This document shows positions 63,508-64,000 of a stretch of 64,000 nt of DNA, piece after piece (within the stretch, counting starts at the first letter, position 1; every line of letters begins with the position of its first letter). The notes under the pieces were generated by a model, which had not been told where the DNA came from, ran no database searches, and worked only from the letters and a program-made list of their open reading frames with translations. The DNA is taken from positions 22,968-86,967 of the forward strand of contig DAIPBO010000001.1 of the NCBI GenBank assembly GCA_036774405.1. Direction: 5' to 3'. This stretch comes from Chloroflexota bacterium. Its GTDB lineage: Bacteria > Chloroflexota > Anaerolineae > UBA1429. The translations under genes were made by a program, and so were the position numbers.

Positions 63508-64000
63508 CTAGAGCGCCTTTCTGCCTAGATACCAGGCGATGCATTCGTACCTCTCGTTGACCCGCGCCTCGGCCCCGCCTGCGAGGCGCGGCGGCACGAC
63601 CACCTTATCGCTCGCACGCCAGTTGACGGGCGTGGCCTCGCCATGGCCGTCGCTTGTCTGCAAGGCGTCGATCAGCTTGCGGATCTCGTCCACGCTGCGC
63701 CCATTGCCCAGAGGCTACAGATCATGGTGCGGAGCACGCCCTGATCATCGCTCACGAACACGGCGCGCATTGTCTGTGTTGGCATGGCGCATCCACGCGC
63801 CATGCCATACTTGCTGGCCACCTTCATGTCGATGTCGGCGCTCACAGCAAAGGGGATACGCCCCCTAGCTGGTCTCGATATGACGCACCCAGGCGATGTG
63901 GCCGTGATCGCTGTCGATCGACAGCCCCAGCAGCTCAACACCGCGTTTCATCAGCCTGGGGTGGATCTTGGTAAAGGCGATGGACTCGGTGTGGGCCGAT
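63508..64000 (-). pseudogene. 1-Cys peroxiredoxin (Prx6/AhpC-TSA family) gene with two frame disruptions; continues past window end
   Basis: N-terminal frame KRGVELLGLSIDSDHGHIAWVRHIETS* stops at TAG 63865-63867. Middle in the +1 frame: IPFAVSADIDMKVASKYGMA...MRAVFVSDDQGVLRTMI. C-terminus back in the first frame: PLGNGRSVDEIRKLIDALQ...ATPVNWRASDKVVVPP, after TAG 63715-63717. Each segment matches the peroxiredoxin-6 order. Confidence 0.45.

Noticed and set aside
1-64000. Mobile elements, integrases, transposases, phage genes and toxin-antitoxin pairs.
   Set aside because: None of the ORF translations shows DDE, tyrosine or serine recombinase, or typical TA family signatures. GC content appears uniform.

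Overview
High-GC (about 64%) bacterial chromosomal window with a Chloroflexi- or Actinobacteria-like gene repertoire. No transposases, integrases, phage genes or CRISPR arrays were found, so this looks like core chromosome rather than a mobile island. All calls below are from reading the sequence and ORF translations; no database searches were run.

Gene content in order:
- 1-4150: a DUF1385 gene fragment, thymidine kinase, the rplU-rpmA-rpmE ribosomal operon and its divergent neighbour glgX.
- 4150-7605: a HAD hydrolase, a DUF164 zinc-ribbon coiled-coil protein and a large AAA-like ATPase / transmembrane / TolB-type beta-propeller protein.
- 7644-8026: RNase P RNA on the minus strand. It is absent from the ORF track and is overlapped there by spurious ORFs.
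- 8068-16155: a minus-strand operon (FtsX/MacB-like ABC exporter, DUF2007, methyltransferase, alpha/beta hydrolase, orphan trpF), then an aldo/keto reductase, a CPBP protease and a 7TM-PAS sensor.
- 16284-19878: a NUDIX / GT4 / sucrose-phosphorylase-like trio.
- 19984-22997: a TPR lipoprotein and a RIO-type kinase that is preceded by an unusual leader (promoter with direct repeats, an 18-codon ORF with a strong Shine-Dalgarno sequence, two tandem intrinsic terminators).
- 23130-27322: a B12-binding radical SAM gene fused upstream of the pgeF-yggS-proC-yggT division-associated cluster.
- 27365-35866: a Gfo/Idh/MocA oxidoreductase, an FGE-family lipoprotein and a LysM-fused family-5 solute-binding protein with two DppBC-type permeases.
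- 35978-42530: an orphan MttB-superfamily methyltransferase, patatin, an enolase-superfamily enzyme, aldo/keto reductases, a Cys-rich TIGR04076-like protein and an MFS transporter.
- 42556-50135: a paralogous peptide-uptake and hydrolysis operon (M20, M24, family-5 solute-binding protein, DppBC, M24) behind a roughly 190-nt leader that carries a terminator-like hairpin.
- 50405-63438: DegV, methyltransferases, a BNR sialidase-like protein, nitroreductase, GNAT, VOC, a GT39-like membrane glycosyltransferase, MFS transporters, a GH43-like hydrolase and a class-C-type serine hydrolase.
- 63508-64000: a peroxiredoxin-6-like gene broken by two compensating frame disruptions.

Promoters and terminators:
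- Sigma70-type promoters of the form TTGAC(A/G)-17-TAnnnT, and extended -10 TGGTATAAT elements, recur upstream of many genes.
- Several strong hairpins function as bidirectional or intercistronic terminators.

I did not find a confidently identifiable new multi-gene system. The most unusual elements are the kinase leader, the ATPase-TM-TolB protein and the leader-controlled peptide operons.
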